From the NCBI GenBank assembly GCA_965248265.1, contig CBDFJF010000001.1:704001-768000 (forward strand): DNA of 64,000 bases. Reading direction: 5' to 3'. This DNA comes from Candidatus Latescibacterota bacterium. Its GTDB lineage: Bacteria; Latescibacterota; UBA2968; UBA8231. Positions within the stretch are counted from its first letter, which is position 1. Each line of letters begins with the position of its first letter. Below the pieces are notes generated by a model that saw nothing but the letters and a program-made list of their open reading frames with translations, made no database searches and was not told the DNA's origin. Positions 40,325-50,761 of this stretch are shown one piece after another. Made by a program: the position numbers and the translations under genes.

Positions 40325-41153
40325 GAAATCTCTGTGGGGATCGAGATCGGCGCGTGGACCGACGAGCGTCGGGATAGGGCGGAGTCGTCTCGGGAGGAGC
40401 TGTTGAAGACCACAGGCGACCACCTGGTGCGGGGCAATCTTGTATACGATTGCGGCACGAATGGCATTCAGGGAGCCGTTGTGGCACGGAGTCTGGTGGC
40501 TGACAACCACATCCACAACTGCGGCTGGCAGGAAGTGGAGCGCTACTGGGAACGACATCGCGGTGACCTCCGGGGCGATCTTCTTCGAGGCGTCGAATGT
40601 CCCCAACCTGATCGACCACAATATCGTCTACAACGTGGAGGCGGGCAGCGGCATCTATCAGCAGGACTGCGATCAGCTCTTGATCGCCCACAATCTGGTA
40701 CTGAATTGCGATCATGCCGGGGTCCACATGCGGAAGAATCCGACCCGCGACCGGAGGGGCCTCTGCAAAGACAACCGCATCGTCAACAACATCATCGTGC
40801 AGTGCGCGGTGGCATTCGACTATCAAGTCATGGAGAATGTCTCGGATTACAACATCCTCTCCGGTATAGACCAGGGCTTCAGCCTGGGCGACTGGCAGGC
40901 GTCGGGTCTGGATGCCCACACCACCGAGATCGGGCTGGACATTGCGATCGATCCCGAGGCTCAATGTTTGGAATGGTCGTCACAGACCGATGCGGTCATG
41001 ATGGTGCCCGGCGACGGGCTGTTGAGCCTCGACTACTTCGGCCGTCCGTATCTCGGAGATGAGGTTACGGTGGGTCCGTTCACCGAAGGTTGGAGCCCGG
41101 TATGCCGCCGGTTGAGACTCGCTCCTGGTGATGGATGCGCCAACGTACGCTGA
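40325..41153 (+). pseudogene. Right-handed beta-helix protein, 3' fragment with internal deletion/frameshift near 40550
   Basis: GNLVYDCGTNGI...ERYWE, then a new frame AIFFEASN..IDHNIVYN. Confidence 0.65.
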
Positions 41154-41198
41154 CACCCAGTTGCCGCTGCTGTCGGATTGCGACCCGAGCGACGCCGC

Positions 41199-41227
41199 CG
41201 ACCCACGGATCCATACAGTGACGCCCG
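41199..41227 (+). repeat. 29-bp site #13
   Basis: cga cccacgga-TCCATAC-agtgacgc ccg. Confidence 0.8.
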
Positions 41228-41290
41228 GGCGCTGCGTGCGAAACGGCGCGATGTGGTTTGACTAGGAAGTCCCGGGAGAAGGAGACGACG

Positions 41291-42817
41291 ATGGCAGAAG
41301 CAACTCAGAAATGGTCTGTCGGGACGCGCAAACAGCTGCTGTTTGACCATCGCTTCGTCGAGTCGTCCGCGGGTCTGCAGTTCACGGTCAATCCCCCCCT
41401 TCAGCGGACACCCATCAATCTGCCCTCTCTCAGCGCTTTTCACCCCGGCTGTTTCCCCACGGTACTGGATGTCGACCAACGTCTGTGGATGTACTACCAC
41501 ATGACTCCCAAGGAAACGCGTGAGCCTGATGTCCTAGCACACATGTACTGCCTGGCCTACTCGGACGATGGCATCGACTGGGAGCTGGCGCAGGTGGATA
41601 GGTTCGAGGTGGCGGGGTTGGCTCGGAACAACGTGGTCATGCCCGGTGCGAGCGGCACGGTGTTCCTCGATCCCAGGGAGACGTGCGGCTGCAGATTCTG
41701 GTTCGCGGGATCGATGAGCGAGCGCACCGAGCCGCCCTTCTGGGACGAGGCCCGGGATACGTACTTCGGCTATTACGACCAGGGCCGCGGAGTTCACGGC
41801 GCGGTGTACCTGCTTCATTCAGAGGATGGCATGTCGTGGCGCCGACTGCGCAGCGGAGTCGTGGTGCCATTCCGCTCCGACACGAATAACCAGGTCCTCT
41901 ACGATGCCGGCGCCGGCGCCTACGCTGCGTATCTGCGCGGCGCGTCGCCTGAGCCAGGGAGAAGGCGGACGGTCGTCCGTGTGACCTCGCCCGCGCTGAC
42001 GCAGTTGCCCTTCGATTTTGTTGAAGACACTACGTTACCGAGAAGCCCGATGGGGTTATACGACCGGATACCGCCGCAGTGCGCCCCGGAGGTCATGACG
42101 GGTGACGAACGTGATCCGTCAGCCACTGACGTGTACACGCCCTGCGTCAACCCCTACGAATGGGCGAGCGACGCCACCTTTGCCTTCCCGGCTGTGTACC
42201 GGCATTACGACGGGCAGGACAGCCATGGTCGAGACCATCGAGGGCAGCACAGGAACGACGGCCCAGTGGAGGTGCAGCTCGCCGTGAGCCGTGACGGCGT
42301 CACGTTCGATCGGTTCCGCACGCCTTACGTGGGCCCCGGGTTGATGGAGGAGCCGCAGCTCGGGGGAACTGTCTACATGGGCGTAGGGCTGGTCCGGCGG
42401 GGGAGCTTTATCTACCAGTACTACACCGAGAGAGCGTGCACGCACGGCTTCGCGGACCCGGAGATGCGCATTTGGCAAGCGAAACAGCGTCTGGATGGTT
42501 TTGTATCGGTGGATGCGGGTTCGGAGGGCGGACATCTCGTCACGCCGCCGATCGAGTTCGAAGGCAACCGCCTGCAGCTGAACATCGACTGCGGCGCCAT
42601 GGGCGAAGCTTGGGTCGAGCTCCAGGATGAAACCGGCAAGCCGTTACCCGGGTACACGTTCGATGACGCGGTGTCGGTCGACCGGAACGGTGTCGCGCAG
42701 GAGGTCTGGTGGCGGAGAGGCCCGGATGTCGACTCACTGAGTGGTAGGCCTGTCCGGTTGAAGATCAAGATGCGTTCGGCGAAGCTCTACGCGTTCCAGT
42801 TCGTGGAGGCCAGCTGA
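41291..42817 (+). CDS. Beta-propeller glycoside hydrolase-like protein
   Basis: SDDGIDW, SEDGMSW, LAVSRDG, RLDGFVS, KLYAFQF. Confidence 0.78.
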   Translation: MAEATQKWSVGTRKQLLFDHRFVESSAGLQFTVNPPLQRTPINLPSLSAFHPGCFPTVLDVDQRLWMYYHMTPKETREPDVLAHMYCLAYSDDGIDWELAQVDRFEVAGLARNNVVMPGASGTVFLDPRETCGCRFWFAGSMSERTEPPFWDEARDTYFGYYDQGRGVHGAVYLLHSEDGMSWRRLRSGVVVPFRSDTNNQVLYDAGAGAYAAYLRGASPEPGRRRTVVRVTSPALTQLPFDFVEDTTLPRSPMGLYDRIPPQCAPEVMTGDERDPSATDVYTPCVNPYEWASDATFAFPAVYRHYDGQDSHGRDHRGQHRNDGPVEVQLAVSRDGVTFDRFRTPYVGPGLMEEPQLGGTVYMGVGLVRRGSFIYQYYTERACTHGFADPEMRIWQAKQRLDGFVSVDAGSEGGHLVTPPIEFEGNRLQLNIDCGAMGEAWVELQDETGKPLPGYTFDDAVSVDRNGVAQEVWWRRGPDVDSLSGRPVRLKIKMRSAKLYAFQFVEAS

Positions 42818-42910
42818 TTAATGGGCGCGACCGGGAGTGACGGCTCGGCTCTCGCTTGTGATGTGTGGGAGGTACGGACGGCCTTGCCGGGAGGGATAGG
42901 GCCGGCGTGG

Positions 42911-42939
42911 CGACCATCGGACTATCAGTGAGATGCTCG
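42911..42939 (+). repeat. 29-bp site #14
   Basis: cga ccatcgga-CTATCAG-tgagatgc tcg. Confidence 0.85.
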
Positions 42940-43230
42940 GTTCGTGTCGCATACCGTATCCGTACGTAGTCAAGAACCTCGTGACGAATAGGAGGTACAA
43001 AAGCCCTTTTTCGATGGATCAGGGGCTGCGCGCTGGGGTTTTGAGGGGATTGGTATACACCCTAGGCGAGGGCGGCGAGATATTCTCCTCCCTATCGATC
43101 TGGCAACCTGGGGAACGACGAGCCACGCGTTTCGATCGAACAGGCACATTACCTATTTTTCTTGTGACGGCTGCTTGGGCGAGAGCAGCTTGAACCCTTC
43201 GAGCCGCATTAGGCCATGCTCGCGGGGTTT

Positions 43231-43350
43231 TTAGGAAATACAAGAGCCCTTTTTTTCGTGATCCACGAGTCCGGACGTGAGTATTTGGCGCCATTGGTGG
43301 GTAGGATCGGATACATCACAGGTGGCCGGCCTACCGGAGGTCCGTGCATG
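43231..43350 (+). repeat. oriIS-like repeat copy C (short related end at 42988-43012)
   Basis: Closely matches 28571-28685 over its length. Confidence 0.8.
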
Positions 43351-43389
43351 ATGACCGGCGTGGCCGACACGCGGAGGTTTGTTGAACCG

Positions 43390-44025
43390 ATGCACAAAAC
43401 ATGGAGATGGTCCGCCTCGGGGTCGGATTTCGTCCTGCCTCACGAGGAGATACAGAAGATCTGCCTGCACGCGGGTCTGGCGGGAATCGAGGGCATGGGC
43501 AGGCTGTTCCCCGATCAGTCGCACGGAGTGCTCGAGGAAATCGCCGCCGGGTACCGCGCCTGCGGACTCGAATTGGACAGCTTCCACCTACCGGCGGCGA
43601 TCGAGAACGACATCGCCTGCTTTTACGAGACACAACGACGTGAAGCCGTCGACGTATCGCGACACTGGATGGAGTGTGCGGCGGCACTGGGCTGCCGAGT
43701 CGTCATCCAACACTCGACCACCAACCGCAACAACGCCGAGGTCGAGGGGTTGGATCGCTACGTCGCGCAGATGGGCAAGAGTCTGGAGGTGCTGCTGCCG
43801 GCAGCGGCCGAACTCAATCTCACCGTCGCGATCGAGAGCTTGCCTCCGGGTGAGCGCGGCGGTAGCTTCAGCGCCCGTCCCGAACATTTCGAGCGCATTA
43901 TCGCCGAGTTCGCCCACCCGAACCTCGGATTCTGCGTGGACACGGGGCATGCCCTGATGGCCGGTGGGCCAGATCGCGCCCACGATTTCCTCGATGTGAT
44001 GGCCCCCCACATGGCGGCCTTCCGC
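43390..44025 (+). pseudogene. Sugar phosphate isomerase/epimerase, C-terminally truncated
   Basis: SFHLP, VAIE, CVDTGHA; breaks at HMAAF before the H-x-x-D motif. Confidence 0.7.
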
Positions 44026-44317
44026 CCCTCCGTGAGACCCGAGAGAAGACAGAGGGAACCGACTTTGAGATCTCCTGGCGTGGGGATGAGATAATAGGCA
44101 TCTGCCCAAACAGCGATTTTTTGGTTCTACCCAACGGCTCAGGCGTGCGGGTAGAGTCAGGCCCGCCTTGAACGTCACTTGTAGCAGCAATGTGGACAAG
44201 ACCGGGAGTAGCTCGGCCCCAGGCGATGTGAGATGCACTGGCGGATAGCTTGCACATAGGGACGGGGCGAGTTTCAACACGCAGAACCCGCGTCGCGTTT
44301 GTAAGGAGGAGGACCGA

Positions 44318-45931
44318 ATGCAAGACCCTGTAGCTCATAACATCTCAGACGAGCATCGAGAGTCGCCGCCGTCCTACAAGATCATCTACAACTGGGATGG
44401 CGGCACCTTCTGGAGGTCCGAGTACCCCCAATCGTTGGAGCGCTGGCTAGAGAAGACCTACGCCCCAATCAAGGACACCCAGGTGGGCGCCCTCTTCTGG
44501 TGCGTCGGCGCCGACCATGCCGACTGGCCGTCGCCGACCATGGAGATGGTGGGAGACTCGGTGGGTCGGGTCTACCCGTCCGTCATCGCCATGCGCACGG
44601 CCGAGAACATCCGCGTCAAGTTCGAGGGCGATCAGGAACCCTACAACGCCCTTGTCGAGCGCGGACACGAGCTCGGCGTGGACGTCTTCGCGTCCGTTCG
44701 CATGAACGACAACCACTTTTACGGCCTGACTCCATCCCAGGTGAAGGGCGGGAAGACGTATGGGCTGACCCAGATTCGCAGGGACCACCCCGAGTGGCTG
44801 CTCGGTGGCGACCACGAGTTCGCCGCATGCTGGAACTACGCCATACACGGCGTCAGGAAGTACCGGCTCCAGCACATCACCGAGGCGTGCAACCTGGCGG
44901 ACTGGGACGGCCTCGAGCTGGACTGGCAGCGCCACGGCTACCACCTTCGGTACGACATGGCTTACCGCCTCCGCTACACCATGACCGACATGGTCCGTGC
45001 CGCCCGTAAAGTCACGGACCGGATCCAGGAGCAGCGTGGTCGCCCGTTCTACCTGGCCGTGAGGGTCGCGGCCACCATCGAGGCCTGCCGCAATATCGGC
45101 TACGACATTCGCGCCTGGGTCGATGAGCGCCTCTGCGACTACGTAATAGCAGGAGGCGTCTCCGGAACCGACCCCGGGGTCGAGGTTGAGGCCTTCGCGG
45201 AGATGCTCGATGGTGCTGGGGCCAGGTTTTACGGTGGATTCGACAGCGACGGAAGACAGCAGACACGGCGGCTGGTCACACGCAGCACGTTCCGCCACGG
45301 CTTCTTTCGCGCCACCGCCCAAGCATACTGGGACCGCGGCGTCGACGGGATATACACCTTCAACTGGGGCGCCAACGAGACCACTCGGCGAGACCTGCTC
45401 ACTACCATCGGCTCACCCGAGACTCTGTCGGGACTCGACAAGATATACGCCTCGCTGCGCCGGGGAGGTGGGACGGGCGGCCGCGCCACCAACGACCGCA
45501 TCTACGGTGAGACGCCCGTGACGCTACACGAAACCCTGACCGGCATCGGCCCCACCTTCGAAGTGCCTGTCCACGACGACGTCGTCCGGGAGGCCAATGC
45601 GGGCAGGCTGGCGAGCGTCGAGCTGCACGTCGAGATGGGACACTTCTCCCCTACTGGGGACGAGGTAGAGATTGCGCTCGACGGGACAACGCTGACCGAC
45701 GTCCAGGTCCGTAGCGTGGCGGGCCCCGATCCCGACCGCCCCTCCGAGGACAAGGTCGGAGTCACCGACGTGGATGAAAATAGCTGGCTGGTATGCCCAC
45801 TGGAACCCGTCCAGGCCGGCCGAGGCCTCCATCAGGTGGATGTGCGTCTGGTCAAGCGTGACGCTCGAATCGAGCCGCCTCTGTCGGTGGAGAATGTGGA
45901 GGTCTACGTCACATACAGGGCGAAAGGCTGA
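44318..45931 (+). CDS. GH-like TIM barrel protein (paralog of 16986-18620)
   Basis: IYNWDG, SVRMNDNH, DGLELDWQR, GIYTFN. Confidence 0.78.
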   Translation: MQDPVAHNISDEHRESPPSYKIIYNWDGGTFWRSEYPQSLERWLEKTYAPIKDTQVGALFWCVGADHADWPSPTMEMVGDSVGRVYPSVIAMRTAENIRVKFEGDQEPYNALVERGHELGVDVFASVRMNDNHFYGLTPSQVKGGKTYGLTQIRRDHPEWLLGGDHEFAACWNYAIHGVRKYRLQHITEACNLADWDGLELDWQRHGYHLRYDMAYRLRYTMTDMVRAARKVTDRIQEQRGRPFYLAVRVAATIEACRNIGYDIRAWVDERLCDYVIAGGVSGTDPGVEVEAFAEMLDGAGARFYGGFDSDGRQQTRRLVTRSTFRHGFFRATAQAYWDRGVDGIYTFNWGANETTRRDLLTTIGSPETLSGLDKIYASLRRGGGTGGRATNDRIYGETPVTLHETLTGIGPTFEVPVHDDVVREANAGRLASVELHVEMGHFSPTGDEVEIALDGTTLTDVQVRSVAGPDPDRPSEDKVGVTDVDENSWLVCPLEPVQAGRGLHQVDVRLVKRDARIEPPLSVENVEVYVTYRAKG

Positions 45932-46255
45932 TGTGGTGATGGCCTCGATCGCGTTTTGAGTAGGTGCATGAAGACCTGGTTCAGCTGTCCGGGAGAGCAG
46001 TAGATTGGCCTGATATCTCCGTAGTTCTTGGGGTCCAAGAAACACAATATTTACGGTCAGCTGAACTGTCGCGTTACAAAGAAGGACAATAGAAGGAGGC
46101 CCACCAGCATAGGGGCAGGGCTCTGGCGGTTATGCTATCATGCGAGGCTGAACGGTGTCAAGCAACACGCAGCCGACTCGGGGGCACGCGAAACAGTGGG
46201 GAACGCACGATAATTTCCGTTAAACGGAGTCTCTAATGCGAAACCGCGATGGTCA

Positions 46256-46654
46256 GCCCAGGGTGGGATGACGGCATTGGAGTCTGAGCCACCTCTGGAG
46301 ATCAATGCATATCAGTACGACATCGTTTGCAACGGCCTTGAGCTCTCCAGTGGTGCCATACGCAACCATCGGCCCGATATCATGTACAAGGCTTTCGAGC
46401 TCGCTGGGTATCCACCCGAAGAAGTAAATCGCAGGTTCGGCGGCATGATTCGTGCATTCCGCTACGGTGCCCCTCCGCACGGCGGTATCGCGCCTGGGAT
46501 TGACCGGATTGTCATGTTACTGGCCGACGAGCCCAACATCAGGGAGGTTATCGCGTTCCCGATGAACCAGAACGCACAGGATCTGCTCATGGGAGCACCC
46601 GGTGAGGTATCCGATGAGCAGTTGCGAGAGCTTCACATTGCGGTCAAAGGATAG
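46256..46654 (+). pseudogene. aspS: Aspartyl-tRNA synthetase, 3' fragment only
   Basis: [40 protein letters not shown]. Confidence 0.88.
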
Positions 46655-46744
46655 TGGACCTTGCCATCGTACACGGACTGTCAGTAGTGTCGGACTAATC
46701 ACTTTCGCCCATTTTCGATGGTAACCCGGTGATCGGAGTGATCT

Positions 46745-47497
46745 ATGTCGATAGAGTCAGACAAAGACCTTGAGGGCATGCAGCGAGTGGGCGCGTTTGT
46801 CGCTATGGTCCTCGATGCGGTTGGCCAGGCTGTAGATGAAGGCATATCCACACTGGAGCTTGACCAGCTTGCCAAACAGCTGTTCCTCGACGCGGACGCC
46901 CGATCCGCGCCAGCGGTCGTCTACGGCTTTCCAGGCACGATTCTGATCAGCGTCAATGACGAAATCGTACATGGTATCCCGGGCCCGAGACGCCTGATGC
47001 CTGGTGATGTCGTCAAATTGGACGTCACCGCTGAATTGGACGGCTATGTCGCCGACGCGGCGCGGACAATTCTCATACCCCCAGTCACACCGCAGCATCG
47101 ACATCTCGCCGAGTGTGCAGAATCGGCTCTTGAGAGTGCCTTGCCGGAAGCCCGAAGCGGCAGACCCGTATCTGTCATCGGCAAAGCTGTTGAGACCGAA
47201 GTGCGCCACAAAGGTTTCTCCATCATCCGGGATTTGTTCGGTCACGGCACAGGACGAACTATTCACGAGGATCCGATGGTGCTCAACTACTTCGATCCCC
47301 GAGACAAGCAGCGCCTGACGGACGGCCTGGTCCTGACCATCGAACCACTGATCACGACTGGCAGCGGACAGATGATCGAAGATGCGGATGGCTGGACAGT
47401 TCGAACGAAGGACGCGCACATGGCCGCCCACCATGAGCAGACAATTGTGATCACCAACGGCGATCCAATCGTGTTGACGAAAACTACCAATTGCTGA
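46745..47497 (+). CDS. map: Type I methionyl aminopeptidase
   Basis: SVNDEIVHGIP, GHGTG..IHEDP, TIEP, HEQT. Confidence 0.92.
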   Translation: MSIESDKDLEGMQRVGAFVAMVLDAVGQAVDEGISTLELDQLAKQLFLDADARSAPAVVYGFPGTILISVNDEIVHGIPGPRRLMPGDVVKLDVTAELDGYVADAARTILIPPVTPQHRHLAECAESALESALPEARSGRPVSVIGKAVETEVRHKGFSIIRDLFGHGTGRTIHEDPMVLNYFDPRDKQRLTDGLVLTIEPLITTGSGQMIEDADGWTVRTKDAHMAAHHEQTIVITNGDPIVLTKTTNC

Positions 47498-47539
47498 CTT
47501 GGTGATCGCATGGTCGCAAGGTGGATCGTTGCCAGCCTA

Positions 47540-47568
47540 CGCCCATCACCTTCACAATCCGATGATCG
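47540..47568 (+). repeat. 29-bp site #15
   Basis: cgc ccatcacc-TTCACAA-tccgatga tcg. Confidence 0.85.
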
Positions 47569-47640
47569 GCATTTCATCTTCATAGAGCGCGATCCTCTTT
47601 GCCGCGCACTGCAGCGCCTCGGCAACCGAACTGGGAATCG

Positions 47641-48849
47641 ATGAGCCCCGGTAGCTTCATACAGAACCGATGGATCATACTGGCTATCGTCATCACTGCT
47701 CGAACCGGTGTGGGATTCCAGTTCATCGCCATGGCAGCTCTGATGCCACAGCTCAGGACCGAGCTTGACCTGAGCTATTCGCAGGTCGGACTCCTGCTCG
47801 GACTCTTCATGATCATGGGCGTATTCCTGTCACTGCCGAGCGGGATGATCGCTGCACGCCTCGGTGACCGACGTACCCTGCAAGCGGGTTTGCTGGCGTT
47901 GGTCGTGGGCGGCGCAGTAACAGCTATGAGTCATTCGTTCCCCGTCGCTCTTGTCGGCCGTCTGATGGGGGGTGTCGGCGCCGTGTTCATCACTGTGACG
48001 GGCGCCAAAGTCCTGACCGACTGGTTCATAGGCAAGGAAATAACCACAGCAATGAGTATGCTGGGCGTCACTTGGCCGGTAGGTATCGCTCTCGGCATGT
48101 CGTTGCTCCCCTTCCTGTCTGCTTGGGACGGTTGGCGTGTGGCCGTGATCGCCACCTGCGCTTTGCCCGCGGTGGCATTGCTGCTCGCCGCGCTCCTGCC
48201 GCCAGCTGCTCCTGGCACGACAGTCGACACTTCGAAAACCCACCCTACCCTATGGGCCATCAAGAGGCGAGAACTCCGGTTGATCATCGTCGCAGGCGCA
48301 GCTTGGCCATTGATGAGCTCAGGTGGATATGTAGTGTTCACCAGCTACGCTCCCGGTTTGCTCGTCGAGCGGGGTGCATCTCAGGCAGCGGCCGCCCTGT
48401 CTGTCAGCCTGCTGTCCTGGTTGGTCATCGTGTCAATCCCGATTGGCGGTTACATCTCAGACCGAACGGGCAGGAGTGATCTGTTGTTCTGGGGAGGTTG
48501 CCTTGTATCGGCGGCAGCCATTGCGATGGTGCCCATCGGGGGACCGTTTGCTGTGTGGATAACCGTGTCAGCGGTGCTTGGCCTTACGGTAGGACCCGTA
48601 ATGGCGTTGCCTGGACACGTCTTGTCAGCGCAAAGCCGCGGGACTGGACTCGGTGTGTTCTACACTCTCTACTACCTGGGCACCGGTTGTCTACCCGCCC
48701 TCGCCGGTTGGTTGCAGGATATAACGGGTTCAGCAGCGGCCGTCGTCTGGTTTAGCGCCTTATGCCTGTTGATCGCACCCATTCCCCTGATGTGTTTCAG
48801 GCTGTTGCAACGAAGATGGGCAGTTGGGCATGTCTCACTTAGCAGCTGA
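47641..48849 (+). CDS. MFS transporter
   Basis: ~12 TM; G.IAARLGDR, GYISDRTGR. Confidence 0.88.
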   Translation: MSPGSFIQNRWIILAIVITARTGVGFQFIAMAALMPQLRTELDLSYSQVGLLLGLFMIMGVFLSLPSGMIAARLGDRRTLQAGLLALVVGGAVTAMSHSFPVALVGRLMGGVGAVFITVTGAKVLTDWFIGKEITTAMSMLGVTWPVGIALGMSLLPFLSAWDGWRVAVIATCALPAVALLLAALLPPAAPGTTVDTSKTHPTLWAIKRRELRLIIVAGAAWPLMSSGGYVVFTSYAPGLLVERGASQAAAALSVSLLSWLVIVSIPIGGYISDRTGRSDLLFWGGCLVSAAAIAMVPIGGPFAVWITVSAVLGLTVGPVMALPGHVLSAQSRGTGLGVFYTLYYLGTGCLPALAGWLQDITGSAAAVVWFSALCLLIAPIPLMCFRLLQRRWAVGHVSLSS

Positions 48850-48870
48850 GCGCTCGAGTCCAGATCACGC

Positions 48871-48899
48871 TGCCCATCACACACAGAGTGCGATGCTCA
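48871..48899 (+). repeat. 29-bp site #16
   Basis: tgc ccatcaca-CACAGAG-tgcgatgc tca; fills most of the 52-bp gap between convergent genes. Confidence 0.85.
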
Positions 48900-48901
48900 G
48901 A

Positions 48902-50761
48902 TTATTGGTGTAGTGCCCCCGTTTCCAACCTGAAGGCCTGCAGCTCCTTATTGCGCAGGATGAAAACCGTTCCGTCCGAGATGGCCAGCTCAATTGGACT
49001 CGCATAGTTGCGCTTCAGCTGTATGACCTGACTTGGAGTATCGCCTGGATCCACGCGGTCATAGAGTTCCACACCTCGGTAGCCCCAGGTCACCAGATTC
49101 TCGCCCACCCATTTCGCCCTATTGTAAATGGTGTATCTACCGAGCCATCCGAGTATCGCCGGATGCTCGCGATCGCTCACATCCAGTACAACCTCCTCCT
49201 TGGGCCACTGCCTGGTGACAACGACGCTGTCCCCCTTCACCACAACATTTCTCAGCGAGCCGGATCGTCTGTCAGGAGCTTCAAGCTGGTAGGTTGAGAG
49301 TAATCTCAAGTCACGGGGATCTTGAACGTCCAGGATGGCTAATCCGTTTCGCATCCCGAGGAAAACATGGTGGCCGTCTATCCCCATTCCGCCATTCGGA
49401 TGGATGTGGTAGCGGACATTCTTGCCCTCATAGACTCTTCCACTCGAACTCACCCACCCGGGCTCTCGATCGACATGCAATTCATCCAGGATTTCCGCGC
49501 CCTCTCCGTCAATCCTTAGTGAGACCAACCAGGTTCCCTCGGGTTCGAAAACGCGCAACAGAGCAGTGTGCTCACCGATAGACTCGAAGCTGTAGTCTCT
49601 CACTTCCTGGGTATACGGCCACACATTGGCTGTGTAGAGAACACGTGGTGCAGTGGACATATCCGCGTCGACTACCGCAACGCCTAGACTATCCATGCGC
49701 CGTCCTCCGGCGATGGCAACGAACCGGCCTGCCGGCACCAACTCACGTCCTGGCCATCCGTTCAGTGGCACAGAACCACGCTCGAACATGCTGTCGGCAC
49801 GTGAGATGTCGATAGTCAGGAAGTCGTCTTTCTTGAGGACGAAGGCAGACCTCCCTACGACCAGCAGATCTTTCGTGGCCTTACCCACAGCAAGCGTCCC
49901 ATATGGCGTGGTGGTAGGTCGAACTTCGGGATACTCGTTGAGGTACGCAGAGGTCGCGATCGGTACAGCCACCGCAACGGCTGCGACTGCGAGTATCGGT
50001 CGCCACTGCAGAGTGTATTCCCGGAACCTGGTTATCTTGAGCAGCGCTGCTGCAAGCAGCCCCCCGCACACGATCATCGTGATCCAGACACTCCTGATGC
50101 GGATCCATCCATCGTCGGCGATCCGCACCAGCCCGCCGCTCCCATCGAACTCGAGGCCCTCGGTCAGTTGGACAAACCACGGCGCCGCCGCGGAATCGAC
50201 ATTGACGATTAGCAACGCCAGCAGCCCCACTGCGTACAGGACCAGGGCCCCCGACGCGATGGCTTTGACGGGATCGCTTGTGAATGCCGAACCCAGGAAC
50301 ACCATGGTGTAGGCGATCAACGTTGGCAGGAACCATATCTGTACCATCGCAGGAAGACCTACGTCTTCCATGATCTTGGTGGCGGTCGAGGGCAGGTGAG
50401 GAGCGCCATCCAGAACTGGTCCGTAGGATGTCGCGTACACCATGGCCCAGAAACCGGTCATCACCACCAACAATCCGGTAGCACCGACGACGAACTTCAC
50501 GGCGAGCATGCGCACGGGGGCGAGTGGACGAGCCATCAGAAAGTCCATCGTTCCACGGCTCTTCTCGCCGGCTATCATTTCCATGCCGAAGACTACGGCC
50601 GCGACCAGTCCGAAACCCCACGCCCACTCGTCGGAATCATTCGAGAACTCGGCGTTGAAGCGCTCGTTCATCCGCAGGAAGTGAACGGCAAGACAGGCCG
50701 CCAAGCCCAGCAGGACCTTGTAGAGATTCTCTCGACACTCTTTCCACAGTAGAGTTTTCAT
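48902..50761 (-). CDS. ABC-2 type permease fused to an LVIVD-like repeat domain
   Basis: LLWKE.R, EKSRGTMDFLMARP; LTIDIS, LAILDVQDP, VLDVSD. Confidence 0.8.
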   Translation of the reverse strand: MKTLLWKECRENLYKVLLGLAACLAVHFLRMNERFNAEFSNDSDEWAWGFGLVAAVVFGMEMIAGEKSRGTMDFLMARPLAPVRMLAVKFVVGATGLLVVMTGFWAMVYATSYGPVLDGAPHLPSTATKIMEDVGLPAMVQIWFLPTLIAYTMVFLGSAFTSDPVKAIASGALVLYAVGLLALLIVNVDSAAAPWFVQLTEGLEFDGSGGLVRIADDGWIRIRSVWITMIVCGGLLAAALLKITRFREYTLQWRPILAVAAVAVAVPIATSAYLNEYPEVRPTTTPYGTLAVGKATKDLLVVGRSAFVLKKDDFLTIDISRADSMFERGSVPLNGWPGRELVPAGRFVAIAGGRRMDSLGVAVVDADMSTAPRVLYTANVWPYTQEVRDYSFESIGEHTALLRVFEPEGTWLVSLRIDGEGAEILDELHVDREPGWVSSSGRVYEGKNVRYHIHPNGGMGIDGHHVFLGMRNGLAILDVQDPRDLRLLSTYQLEAPDRRSGSLRNVVVKGDSVVVTRQWPKEEVVLDVSDREHPAILGWLGRYTIYNRAKWVGENLVTWGYRGVELYDRVDPGDTPSQVIQLKRNYASPIELAISDGTVFILRNKELQAFRLETGALHQ

